Assembly: GCA_963664195.1 (NCBI GenBank)
Contig: OY760907.1
Location: 960,001 to 1,024,000, forward strand
Direction of reading: 5' to 3'
DNA: 64,000 bases
From: an uncultured candidate division Zixibacteria bacterium
GTDB taxonomy: Bacteria; Zixibacteria; MSB-5A5; GN15; FEB-12
The notes beneath the pieces were generated by a model, which worked only from the letters and a program-made list of their open reading frames with translations, was not told where the DNA came from and made no database searches. Within the stretch, counting starts at the first letter, position 1; each line of letters begins with the position of its first letter. Positions 30,352-39,510 of this stretch are shown piece by piece. A program made the translations under genes and the position numbers.

Positions 30352-30882
30352 TCATCCGCCCGTATAGGCAATGCTCATCGTAATATCACCCGAGTAGCTA
30401 CCGCTGGTCTGGCCGACCGCCGGCATAACCGTGCCACCGATCCAGACTGACAGCGTCCCTCCAGCACCTATTCTCAGCGGCACCGGGTTATTCGGATCGA
30501 CATTACCAAGCGGCGCGGCCTGCCCACCGCCGGTGCCGTCATCGTACGACGCATCGGTGCCAGAGAACACGATCTGCATAGTCGCAGGCAGCGTCGAATG
30601 AGCGAGCGCCAGCGGCAGTGTGATGGAAACGGATACTTCTGCTGCCGCAGTTCCGTTTATGGCCCAGGCACCGGCCGAGGCAGCATCGGTCTTGGCGACA
30701 ACTTTGTTGACACCGCCGGTCACTGCTCCGAAGGTCAGGTCATGGGTTCCCGAGATAGATAGACTAGATGCAACGGATGCTGTAGCCTGGATGATTCCGA
30801 TCTCCTGAGCGCTCGGCGATGATGCCGCCGCGACGATCAGTACGATCAGTAACAGTGTTAACTTGACTCCTTGTCTAAGCAT
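30352..30882 (-). CDS. DUF4402-like pilin subunit
   Basis: Signal peptide; DLTFG and WIGGTV.P...QTSGSYSGDI...Y motifs; RBS GAGAGGAG. Confidence 0.78.
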   Translation of the reverse strand: MLRQGVKLTLLLIVLIVAAASSPSAQEIGIIQATASVASSLSISGTHDLTFGAVTGGVNKVVAKTDAASAGAWAINGTAAAEVSVSITLPLALAHSTLPATMQIVFSGTDASYDDGTGGGQAAPLGNVDPNNPVPLRIGAGGTLSVWIGGTVMPAVGQTSGSYSGDITMSIAYTGG

Positions 30883-30929
30883 AACTCCTCTCCTGTTCCA
30901 AAAATGCGAGTCCTTTGAAACAGTTGAGA

Positions 30930-30945
30930 AGCAACAGCAATGCCA
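30930..30945 (-). promoter_or_regulatory. Candidate sigma54 (-24/-12) promoter
   Basis: Minus strand TGGCATTGCTGTTGCT (GG-N10-GC), about 50 bp upstream of the first pilin. Confidence 0.65.
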
Positions 30946-31178
30946 GACCTCGCGGGCAGCGGCAATAGCCTGTTACTCAACAGGATAGCGGGCGGGATAG
31001 GGCGATTGCCCAATATTGGGCAACCTCCTCATTGTGGGGATTCCCCCACAGTGGGTAGGGAGCCGAACAGGTGTGTGTCCGATGTGAATCAGTGCCGAAA
31101 ACTGACAGATTAACATTAAAGATAGGCCCGCATCTGCCGATGAAACCTACATAAACAGTGTGCAGAAGTTGAACAGCT

Positions 31179-32678
31179 ATGAGAAATAGGATTTTGATAG
31201 CTAGTTTGAAAACACCAACGCGACAAAAAGTAATCATTGGCGGATTACTTCTGGCGCTATCGATTCCTTGCAGCCTCGCGGCTCAAGACCTGGATTGGTC
31301 TGTCTCGGTCGGCGGCTCGTATAACGATGACGCCTACTCCGGTTGTCTCACGTCCGACGGCGGCTACGCTATTCTCGGTGCCACATTCTCTTATGGCGCT
31401 GGTGGCTACGACGTATATTTACTCAAACTTGATTCTCTCGGCGACACGCTCTGGAGCAAAACGTTTGGCGGCTCCGAGGCTGACTACGGCTACGATATTC
31501 AGGAGACGGTAGACGGCGGCCTTATTCTTGTGGGTGCGACTCAGTCACAGGGAGCGGGCGGCAAGGATGTCTATCTGGCCAAAACCGATTCGGTCGGGAC
31601 TATGCTCTGGACCAGAACTTTCGGCGGAGCCTCGGACGACGACGGACGCTCGGTCAGACAAACCGACGACGGCGGCTATGTAGTTGCCGGAACCACACAG
31701 TCATACGGCCCCGGCCTTACTGATCTCTACCTCATCAAAACGAACGCCAATGGTGACACGCTCTGGACCCGTGCCTACGGCAGCGTCAGCGGCGAAACCG
31801 GCTCGGCGGTCAGGATTACGCCTGATGGCGGGTACATTGCGGTCGGCACCACCGGAGGCTTTGGTTCTGGGTACTCGAGCCTGTATGCCGTGAGAACCGA
31901 TGCAGACGGGGATTCCGTTTGGGCGGACGCTTTTGGCGGCGACAAAGCGGATATGGGATACTCAGTCGCAATCGTTCCGGACAGCGGATTCGTATTCGTG
32001 GGCGCGACCGCATCGTTTGGTGCCGGATACTCAGATATGTACATCGTCAAGACGACTCACGACGGCACGTTCCAATGGGATCGTTCCTTCGGCGGCAGCG
32101 GCGAAGAACGAGGCTACTCGATACAGGCCTGCCCGGACAGCGGCTATATCGTGGCGGGGTTCACGCAGTCTTTCGGAGCCGGACAACACGACATGTTTGT
32201 GGTGAGAACCGACCCACTCGGATTCGGGCTCTGGGATCGGACATTCGGCGGCTCGGAATCAGATTACTGCCGGAGTATCATCACGGGTCAGAACTCATGG
32301 GGACTAGTCGGCTATTCGTATTCATATAGTTCTGGCGGTTCCGATTTTTATGTAGTGAAGATCACAGGGGATCAACAGACCTCAGTCAGAGACGAGTTCA
32401 CTCCGGGACTGCCGGAGAGTTTTGCACTCGCCCAAAATTATCCCAATCCGTTCAACCCGACCACAAGTATCGAGTTCTCGCTCACGCAACGAGCCAACGT
32501 CACTCTGACCATTTATAATGTCCTCGGCCAGATGGTCGAGCTGTGGCAACCGGGCGAACTGCCGGCGGGCACTCACGCTCTGGAATGGAATGCCGGTGCT
32601 CTGGCCTCGGGAGTGTATCTCTACCGACTCCAGGTCGGCAAGCAATCTTTGACCCGCAAGATGGTGCTGCTGAGATAG
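31179..32678 (+). CDS. Secreted repeat (beta-propeller-like) protein with T9SS/FlgD-type C-terminal domain
   Basis: About seven W..TFGG..D.G.S...T.DGGY repeats; LAQNYPNPFNP...ASGVYLYRL...KMVLLR tail. Confidence 0.88.
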   Translation: MRNRILIASLKTPTRQKVIIGGLLLALSIPCSLAAQDLDWSVSVGGSYNDDAYSGCLTSDGGYAILGATFSYGAGGYDVYLLKLDSLGDTLWSKTFGGSEADYGYDIQETVDGGLILVGATQSQGAGGKDVYLAKTDSVGTMLWTRTFGGASDDDGRSVRQTDDGGYVVAGTTQSYGPGLTDLYLIKTNANGDTLWTRAYGSVSGETGSAVRITPDGGYIAVGTTGGFGSGYSSLYAVRTDADGDSVWADAFGGDKADMGYSVAIVPDSGFVFVGATASFGAGYSDMYIVKTTHDGTFQWDRSFGGSGEERGYSIQACPDSGYIVAGFTQSFGAGQHDMFVVRTDPLGFGLWDRTFGGSESDYCRSIITGQNSWGLVGYSYSYSSGGSDFYVVKITGDQQTSVRDEFTPGLPESFALAQNYPNPFNPTTSIEFSLTQRANVTLTIYNVLGQMVELWQPGELPAGTHALEWNAGALASGVYLYRLQVGKQSLTRKMVLLR

Positions 32679-32733
32679 CCCGCACTGTCAGTTTTTGTGG
32701 CGCGCTCAAGATGAACCATTGTATCTTGTCCCC

Positions 32734-33507
32734 ATGCATCGCAACCGTCCAGCTCTTGGCATAGATATCGGCGGGTCGTTCATCAAGATCGCTCCGGTTG
32801 ATGTTGATTCGGGCAAATTGATGGCCGTTACCCAAACCGTTCCTGTCCCTAAACCGGCCACGCCGGACTCGATTCTTGAGATAATCCAGACGACTATCCG
32901 CGAGACTAACTGGACCGGCCCCGTAGGAGTTGGCTATCCGGGCGTGATCAGGAACGGCGTGACGCTCACGGCCTGTCATGTCAGTGACGAATGGCTGGGA
33001 TATCGCCTGCTTGATCGCCTGGGCGAGTTCGTCTCCGCCCCGGTTGCCTTGCTAAACGATGCCGATGCGGCTGGCCTGGCCGAGATGACACTCGGGGCGG
33101 GCAGGGACCGCAATCGTCCCGGTGGCGGCACGGTTGTCACGCTGACGCTTGGCACGGGAATCGGATCGGCCCTTTTCCGCGATGGGAAGCTCTTCCCCAA
33201 CACCGAGTTCGGACATATCGAGCTGGACGGCGAGGATGCCGAAAGGATGGCCGCCGCTTCCGTGCGCACAACCCTCGGACTCACCTGGCAAGACTACGGC
33301 CGCCGCCTCAATCACTACCTCGACACAGTCCTCAAACTGCTGTCGCCCGACCGGGTCATTCTCGGTGGCGGCATCTCGGAGAACTACAATCAGTTCAGCA
33401 ATTTTCTGACCGGCAATGTCGAAATCATGCCTGCCTCTCTGGGCAACTCCGCCGGACTCATCGGGGCGGCAGTTGCCACCTCGGTCGATGAATCGGAACA
33501 AAAGTAG
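32734..33507 (+). CDS. ppgK: Polyphosphate glucokinase (ROK family)
   Basis: GIDIGGSFIK, NDADAAGLAE, TLGTGIGSA and PNTEFGH motifs. Confidence 0.88.
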   Translation: MHRNRPALGIDIGGSFIKIAPVDVDSGKLMAVTQTVPVPKPATPDSILEIIQTTIRETNWTGPVGVGYPGVIRNGVTLTACHVSDEWLGYRLLDRLGEFVSAPVALLNDADAAGLAEMTLGAGRDRNRPGGGTVVTLTLGTGIGSALFRDGKLFPNTEFGHIELDGEDAERMAAASVRTTLGLTWQDYGRRLNHYLDTVLKLLSPDRVILGGGISENYNQFSNFLTGNVEIMPASLGNSAGLIGAAVATSVDESEQK

Positions 33508-33559
33508 CACCGTATAGATTCTAATAGCTACAGATCGCAAACATGGAGGGATCTGGACT

Positions 33560-35629
33560 ATGCAAAAGGAATCGGCTAACACCTCAAAATTCCTTCTGGT
33601 AAGCATCATCCTCACGGCCGCTTTCGCCTGTTGCACTGATTGCACGGGTCAGGAATCGCGGGGCGCTGACAAGAGTAAGATAATGACGACAACACAGCTG
33701 GAAGGCAATGTCCACGCACCTGAATTTCCGGACAATCTCGAATGGCTCAATACCGAGGAGCCGCTGACTCTGGGGCAGCTGCAGGGCAAAGTCGTCCTGC
33801 TGGATTTCTGGACCTTCTGCTGCATCAACTGCATGCACGTGATCCCCGACTTGAAAAAGCTCGAAGAAAAATACGCTGATGAGTTGGTGGTAATCGGTGT
33901 CCACTCCGCCAAATTCACTAACGAGAAGAACACCGACGCCATCCGTCAGGCGATCCTCAGATACGAGATCAACCACCCGGTTATCAACGACGCCAATTTC
34001 GAAGTCTGGGAGGCCTACGCTACTCGCGCCTGGCCGACGTTCGTACTGATCAATCCAAATGGAGGAATAATCGGCGTCCATTCTGGTGAAGGGGTCTATG
34101 ATCTGTTCGACGAAATCATCCAGGAGACAATCGCGTACTTCGATACCAAAGGTGAGTTGGTCCGCGGCCCGCTGGTTATCGTTCCCGAAAGCAGCGGGCA
34201 GCCCAACACGCTGTTGTCGTTCCCCGGAAAAGTCAAGGCCGACCCAAAGACCGGGCGGCTGTATATCAGCGACACCAACCACAATCGTATCATTGTCGCC
34301 GATCGAACGGGCATGATTCTCGACGTAATCGGCGCCGGGGTCACCGGCTCTGCCGACGGTTCGTTTGAAACAGCCGAGTTCAATCACCCGCAGGGGACGT
34401 TTGTTATGGACAATACCCTGTATATCGCTGACACGGAAAACCACCTCATTCGGGCCGCCGACCTGATGACCCGAACGATCCGCACGCTGGTAGGCACCGG
34501 AAAACAATCGCGGGAGTTTGACCGGATCGGTTACGGCCCCGAGGCGGCACTCAACTCTCCCTGGGATTTGGTTGGTGTTGGCAAAATGCTGTACGTCGCA
34601 ATGGCCGGCTCGCACCAGATCTGGTCGGTCGACCTCGAGACGCTCGAGGCCAAACCACATGCCGGATCCGGCCGTGAGAACCGGATGGACGGTCCGCTGC
34701 TCAGCGCACAACTGGCCCAGCCCTCCGGTATAACCACCGATGGCACCCTGTTGTATTTCGCCGACTCGGAAGTATCCTCGATTCGCTCGGCGGCGATCGA
34801 TACCGATGGTCAGGTGGCTACAATAATCGGGAGTGGATTGTTCCAATTCGGTGATGTCGATGGTCCGGCCGATGCCGCTCTGCTCCAGCATCCGCTGGGG
34901 GTGGCGTACCGCAACGGTCTTCTGTTTGTCGCGGATACTTACAACTCGAAAATCAAAGTCATCAATCCCGCCTGGCGAACAAGCGCAACGTATGCCGGAG
35001 CGGGCGGGCACGGTCTCGTCGACGGTCCCCGAGGAGCCGCGCAGTTTAATGAACCTTCGGGCGTGACGGTGCTGGGCGATGAGTTGTTTGTCTCCGACGC
35101 CAATAACCACGAAATCAGAGTGGTGAACCTTGAGACTGGCGACGTCAGCACGCTTGTTCTGAGCAATGTTGAACGGCTGTCCAAGCACGGCATGGCGCAG
35201 CTTGCGGGACGAGTCATCAAGGTGTCACCACAGACGATATTGAAGGGTCCCGGCAAGATCGGCATTAACGTGGTTCTCCCCGACGGATTCCATTTGCTGC
35301 CCGGGGCGCCGATTGATGTCGATCTGAGGTCGGATGATGAAAAGGTAATGCATGCTGTCGGTCATACACGAACCATGTCTGCCACCGGCGAACCACAACC
35401 GTTTCAGGTGACAGTGGAATCGCGTCGCGGGAAAACCGACGTTACACTCGATGCGTTGATCTATTACTGCTCCGATGTCGCCAAGACCTGCTTGATTGAC
35501 AGAGTACAGATCAGGATACCCGTGGAGGTCAAGAGCCGCCGCGCGCCGGACGCTATCGGACTGACAGTGGCAGTGGAAGTGCCGGAGGAGTCCCGGGACA
35601 TGCAGCCGAACATTTTCCAGGCCAAGTAG
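33560..35629 (+). CDS. Thioredoxin-like plus NHL-repeat protein (NHLRC2/SOQ1-like)
   Basis: DFWTFCCINC and GVHSAKF motifs; multiple NHL repeats (ADT.NH, QPSG, QHPLG); N-terminal signal. Confidence 0.9.
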   Translation: MQKESANTSKFLLVSIILTAAFACCTDCTGQESRGADKSKIMTTTQLEGNVHAPEFPDNLEWLNTEEPLTLGQLQGKVVLLDFWTFCCINCMHVIPDLKKLEEKYADELVVIGVHSAKFTNEKNTDAIRQAILRYEINHPVINDANFEVWEAYATRAWPTFVLINPNGGIIGVHSGEGVYDLFDEIIQETIAYFDTKGELVRGPLVIVPESSGQPNTLLSFPGKVKADPKTGRLYISDTNHNRIIVADRTGMILDVIGAGVTGSADGSFETAEFNHPQGTFVMDNTLYIADTENHLIRAADLMTRTIRTLVGTGKQSREFDRIGYGPEAALNSPWDLVGVGKMLYVAMAGSHQIWSVDLETLEAKPHAGSGRENRMDGPLLSAQLAQPSGITTDGTLLYFADSEVSSIRSAAIDTDGQVATIIGSGLFQFGDVDGPADAALLQHPLGVAYRNGLLFVADTYNSKIKVINPAWRTSATYAGAGGHGLVDGPRGAAQFNEPSGVTVLGDELFVSDANNHEIRVVNLETGDVSTLVLSNVERLSKHGMAQLAGRVIKVSPQTILKGPGKIGINVVLPDGFHLLPGAPIDVDLRSDDEKVMHAVGHTRTMSATGEPQPFQVTVESRRGKTDVTLDALIYYCSDVAKTCLIDRVQIRIPVEVKSRRAPDAIGLTVAVEVPEESRDMQPNIFQAK

Positions 35630-35746
35630 ACGTCTACAAATGAAGTCCCCTTTTCTACGTGCTGTTGCACGAAGACACCTGACTGCACGTAGCGCGATCA
35701 CTCCCTCCGTGCGCGGCAGATTGCCGTCTGCCCGATTCACGTGGTC

Positions 35747-37183
35747 CTACGACACCGTTGGTTTCGGCGTGACAATCGAAATCAGCGGATTGGCCGCCAG
35801 CGAAACCATCATTCCTATCGTTCCGGCTGCCGGTGACGGCATCCCGTCAATGTACAGATACAAACAGACTGTGAGACCGAGCACCGCCGAGCCGACCGCC
35901 CCGTAAACATTGGCGCGTTTTGTGAACAGACCCCAGATGAACGGCCCCAGGAAAACCGATCCAATCGCTCCCCACGAGACGCCGAGAATCGCTACAATCG
36001 TATCCGGCTTGATGTAAGCCAGTACCACCGAGAGAATTACAAAAAACACGCTGGCAACACGCATGAGCAGCGTGAGCTTCTTGTCGGAGACTGAAGGATT
36101 GATGAAACCGGCATATACGTCTTTGGCAACCGAGGAGCTTGAGATCAACACCAGCGCCGCAAGAGTAGACATCGAGGCCGAAAGGATCAGCAAAAGGATC
36201 AAGACTTCAAGCGCTTCGGGAACAACGTTGGCCAACAGTTCGGGCATGAGGGCATCGAACACGGGCTTGCCGTTGTTGAAGGCGTTTGGCGCGTTTTCGG
36301 GTGTGAGAAAGAACCGTGTGGTCGCTCCGGTGAAATAGCCGATACCGCCCACCAGGAATGCAAAGAAGGTCGAGGCGACCATACCGATCCGCACCGAGCG
36401 TTTGTCTTTGATCGCGTAGAATTTCTGCACCAACTGGGGCATCGCAAACGGCGCAACCGAAGTCAGGAACACCAGACTGAACAGCGGCCACCATCCGGGA
36501 GGACCAACGATCTCAGTCAGTTTCGGACTGATCTGCGACAGGGCGGAAGTGATGTTCCCGAGTCCGTCGCCGGCATCGAGTGTGCTCCACAGAAGGATGA
36601 TGACGCCGACACTCATAATCATACCGAAAACGACGTCGATCATCGTCATTGACTTGTACCCGCCCATGACGAGATACATGGCGGTGAAACTCCCCATGAG
36701 AATGAGCGCCAGGGTGTAGTCGATTCCAAACACCGACCGGAACAGATATGACAGTCCCATAAACACTGCGGCTGAATACGGAATGAAGAAGACAAAGATA
36801 CAAACAGCGGCGAACAGTTTCAGAAAACGGCTGTTGTATCGTTTCTGAAAGAACTCTGCCATGGTCGCTACACCGTAGTCAACCGACATCTTCTTGATGC
36901 GATACCCCATCAGCCACCAGACACCCAGGACGCCGAGCAGAGCGTTGCCGACTGCAATCCACAGGCCGGAGTAACCAAATCCCCAGCCAATCTTGCCCGC
37001 GAAACCGATGAACAGCACGGCTGAGAAGTAGGCAGTACCATAGGTGAATGCAGTCATCCAGGGACCGATATTGCCGCCGCCGAGGAAGAAATCAGAAAAC
37101 GAGCGGGTTTTCCGCATTCCTTTGATGCCAATGATGATTATCATCAACGCAAAAGCCGCTATCACGCCTACTTTCAAAAACAT
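35747..37183 (-). CDS. Sodium:solute symporter
   Basis: DFFLGG, FSAVLFIG, MPQLVQKFY and SASMST motifs; about 13 TM segments. Confidence 0.9.
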   Translation of the reverse strand: MFLKVGVIAAFALMIIIIGIKGMRKTRSFSDFFLGGGNIGPWMTAFTYGTAYFSAVLFIGFAGKIGWGFGYSGLWIAVGNALLGVLGVWWLMGYRIKKMSVDYGVATMAEFFQKRYNSRFLKLFAAVCIFVFFIPYSAAVFMGLSYLFRSVFGIDYTLALILMGSFTAMYLVMGGYKSMTMIDVVFGMIMSVGVIILLWSTLDAGDGLGNITSALSQISPKLTEIVGPPGWWPLFSLVFLTSVAPFAMPQLVQKFYAIKDKRSVRIGMVASTFFAFLVGGIGYFTGATTRFFLTPENAPNAFNNGKPVFDALMPELLANVVPEALEVLILLLILSASMSTLAALVLISSSSVAKDVYAGFINPSVSDKKLTLLMRVASVFFVILSVVLAYIKPDTIVAILGVSWGAIGSVFLGPFIWGLFTKRANVYGAVGSAVLGLTVCLYLYIDGMPSPAAGTIGMMVSLAANPLISIVTPKPTVS

Positions 37184-37299
37184 ATTGTCTCCGCAATCAA
37201 GTCCCGTTTAGTCTGTTCTCCCCTTGTCTGAACAGCAAAGCACGTAAAAAGCGGTACGCGACGCTCTTTGTCAACTGATGATGGCGATGATGTTGAGAC

Positions 37300-38469
37300 T
37301 CAGCGGCCAGAAGACTGTTCCCAGTAGCGGTCAAGTTGCTTGGCGAGCTGGCTGTTCCTGGAGTCTTCTTCGATGGCCAACTCCATGAAATAGATCGCTT
37401 CCTGGATATCCCCCCGTGCTTCGCGGATTGACGCCAGAGTGGACAGCACACGGGCCTTGAACTTGCCGGGGGCGGCGCGGCCCCATACCTCACGGGTCCA
37501 CCGCTCGGCTTCCTCGAGATTGATCTTGCGTTCAAGGCACCATTTTGAAAAAGCATAGAACTTGTCGGGGTTGGTTTGCCAATCGGAGTCCAGAGCTTTC
37601 CGTTTCAACTCAACGGCTCCGGCAGTATCAAGGGCAATATACAGAGCGCTATCGGCTCTGAGATCGATGAGGGCGTCTCGATCTTTTGGGGCTTTCGAGT
37701 CGGCACCCGCCTTCAGGCCGGCTTGAAGGTAACCGGCGACCTGATCCGTGGCGCCGAGCTTGCGGGCTAGTTTGACGGTCAACTGCGCGATACGGATTGA
37801 ATCTCCCGCCGAGATAGCGGGCGCCTTCAGGGCGCTGTCAACCGACGGAAGCACCTGCGCAAAAGCCGTCTGCCCGGTCCAACCGGCGTTTACGGTAGCG
37901 AGGAAGATTTTGTAGGCGAAATCGCGTCCCGTGAGAGTCTGTGCACGACGGTAGTAGTCGACGGCTTTCAGATACTCAAAGCTATCGTTGAAGTACTGCG
38001 CCAGATCGAGCGCCTCCCGATACGACGGTGCCAGCTCAAATGCCGCCACGCGGTCGTTGATCGTGGTCAGGTCCTTCAGGGACGTATTGAGTCTATGGAC
38101 GAACTGACCTGCCCCCGTGTAACCAGTGAATCGGCTGATAATCTCTCCCCCGACGTTGGTTAGAATGAATACGGGGTAGGTTTCTCCCGCCCGGTACTGT
38201 TCGGCCAACTCGACGCCTTCGCCCTCGGCGACATTGAGCGGAAGATGGACCACGCGTTTGAGCGCCGCCTTGACGATCTCCTCTGTTTCGGCCTCGCGCG
38301 CGGCCAGCTCACAGTACTCGCAACCCTCGAAATGGAACTCGAGCAGCAGCGGCAGGTCCTGGCGGACGGCGATTGTCCGGGCAGAGTCAAATGACGAAGT
38401 GGTTTCGTCGCAAAAAGCGGTAGAGTGTAGGAAGAGTATAGCGGAAACGATGAGGAGTATTGCACGCAT
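37300..38469 (-). CDS. Exported thioredoxin-fold (CEYC) protein with C-terminal TPR-like helices
   Basis: Signal peptide; LLEF...GCEYC and YP.F motifs; TPR-like C-terminus. Confidence 0.75.
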   Translation of the reverse strand: MRAILLIVSAILFLHSTAFCDETTSSFDSARTIAVRQDLPLLLEFHFEGCEYCELAAREAETEEIVKAALKRVVHLPLNVAEGEGVELAEQYRAGETYPVFILTNVGGEIISRFTGYTGAGQFVHRLNTSLKDLTTINDRVAAFELAPSYREALDLAQYFNDSFEYLKAVDYYRRAQTLTGRDFAYKIFLATVNAGWTGQTAFAQVLPSVDSALKAPAISAGDSIRIAQLTVKLARKLGATDQVAGYLQAGLKAGADSKAPKDRDALIDLRADSALYIALDTAGAVELKRKALDSDWQTNPDKFYAFSKWCLERKINLEEAERWTREVWGRAAPGKFKARVLSTLASIREARGDIQEAIYFMELAIEEDSRNSQLAKQLDRYWEQSSGR

Positions 38470-38504
38470 CTGGTTATGTTTTGCTCCGTCAGCAGCTAGT
38501 TCTT

Positions 38505-38566
38505 GTAGGTCAAAACCCATACGGTTTTGACATCGGACTGTCGGAACCGCAGGGGTTCCGATCTAC
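38505..38566. repeat. REP family C inverted doublet
   Basis: GTAGGTCAAAACC-CATAC-GGTTTTGACA, then inverted TGTCGGAACC-GCAGG-GGTTCCGATCTAC. Confidence 0.75.
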
Positions 38567-39282
38567 TTCTCTGTCTCGGCCTCACCGGTCATGGGGACGA
38601 ACCGCACTAATGCCTGAGTTGTCGCGACGAGCACCGAATCTTTCTTTTCGATCAGCAGCAGTTCCTGACGATCCTCGCCAACCGGGATCACCATGCGGCC
38701 CCCCTCGGCCAACTGGTCAGTCAGCGGTTCGGGAACTTCGGCAGGTGCGGCCGTGACGATGATCGCTTCAAACGGCGCTTGTTCCGGCCAGCCCTTATAC
38801 CCGTCACCGGCTCTGACGGTTATGTTCTCATAGCCAAGATCATTTAACAACGACGCCGAAGCCTCTGCAAGAACATCGACGATCTCAATCGTGTACACCT
38901 CAGCCGCCAACTCCCCGAGAATGGCCGCCTGATAACCGGAGCCGGTGCCGATTTCGAGTACTTTTTCGTCGCCGTCGAGATGCAGCAATTCGGTCATCAC
39001 CGCCACAATGTACGGTTGCGATATTGTCTGCCCGGCAGCAATTCGGAGCGGAGTGTCTTCGTAGGCAGCATATCGGCTGCTTTCGGGGACGAACAAATGG
39101 CGTTCGACAGATCGCATAGCGTCGAGAACACGCAGATCGGATATGCCGCGATTCTCGATTTGTTCGCGGACCATCCGTTGACGCTGTTCTTCATAGTTGG
39201 GGTTGTCGGCGGCGATTACTACGGAAGCGATAGTGAACATGATCGCCACAACAACGCTGAGTCTGCCAAGCATCCTACGCAT
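38563..39282 (-). CDS. pcm: Protein-L-isoaspartate O-methyltransferase
   Basis: GQTISQPYIVA, VLEIGTGSGYQAA and GDGYKGWPEQAPF motifs. Confidence 0.95.
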   Translation of the reverse strand: MRRMLGRLSVVVAIMFTIASVVIAADNPNYEEQRQRMVREQIENRGISDLRVLDAMRSVERHLFVPESSRYAAYEDTPLRIAAGQTISQPYIVAVMTELLHLDGDEKVLEIGTGSGYQAAILGELAAEVYTIEIVDVLAEASASLLNDLGYENITVRAGDGYKGWPEQAPFEAIIVTAAPAEVPEPLTDQLAEGGRMVIPVGEDRQELLLIEKKDSVLVATTQALVRFVPMTGEAETEK

Positions 39283-39360
39283 ACAGGTATAACAAACTCG
39301 GCGGCGAGGAGTTTGTCAAGTTCTGGGATGGGGAGCTACCTTTGGCTTTGCGTCTTTCTA

Positions 39361-39463
39361 CCCATCCAAACAAGTTTGAGTGGGCCACCCGATAACGTGG
39401 TTTGTTTTCCGTAAGGGTGGGTAGGCAGTGTCCGGGTAGCCGGTTCAAGCTTGCTTGGGCCGG
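39361..39463. repeat. REP family A copies
   Basis: CCCATCCAAACAAGTTTGAGTGGGCCACCC (39361..39390) and GGGTAGCCGGTTCAAGCTTGCTTGGGCCGG (39434..39463). Confidence 0.75.
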
Positions 39464-39510
39464 GAGTCCGTCAGGGACGGAACCCTGACGGTCACGGATA
39501 TAGCGGAGAT

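Noticed and set aside
31300..32360. DNA-level repeats suggesting a DGR or repeat array
   Set aside because: They are degenerate in-frame protein repeats; there is no reverse transcriptase and no adenine-specific TR/VR pair.
33584..35188. 534-aa minus-strand ORF
   Set aside because: Antisense shadow of the Trx-NHL gene with no recognisable motifs; expected from GC-rich codon bias.
33780..38360. Selenocysteine recoding in the thioredoxin-like genes
   Set aside because: Both active sites use ordinary Cys codons and have no in-frame TGA.
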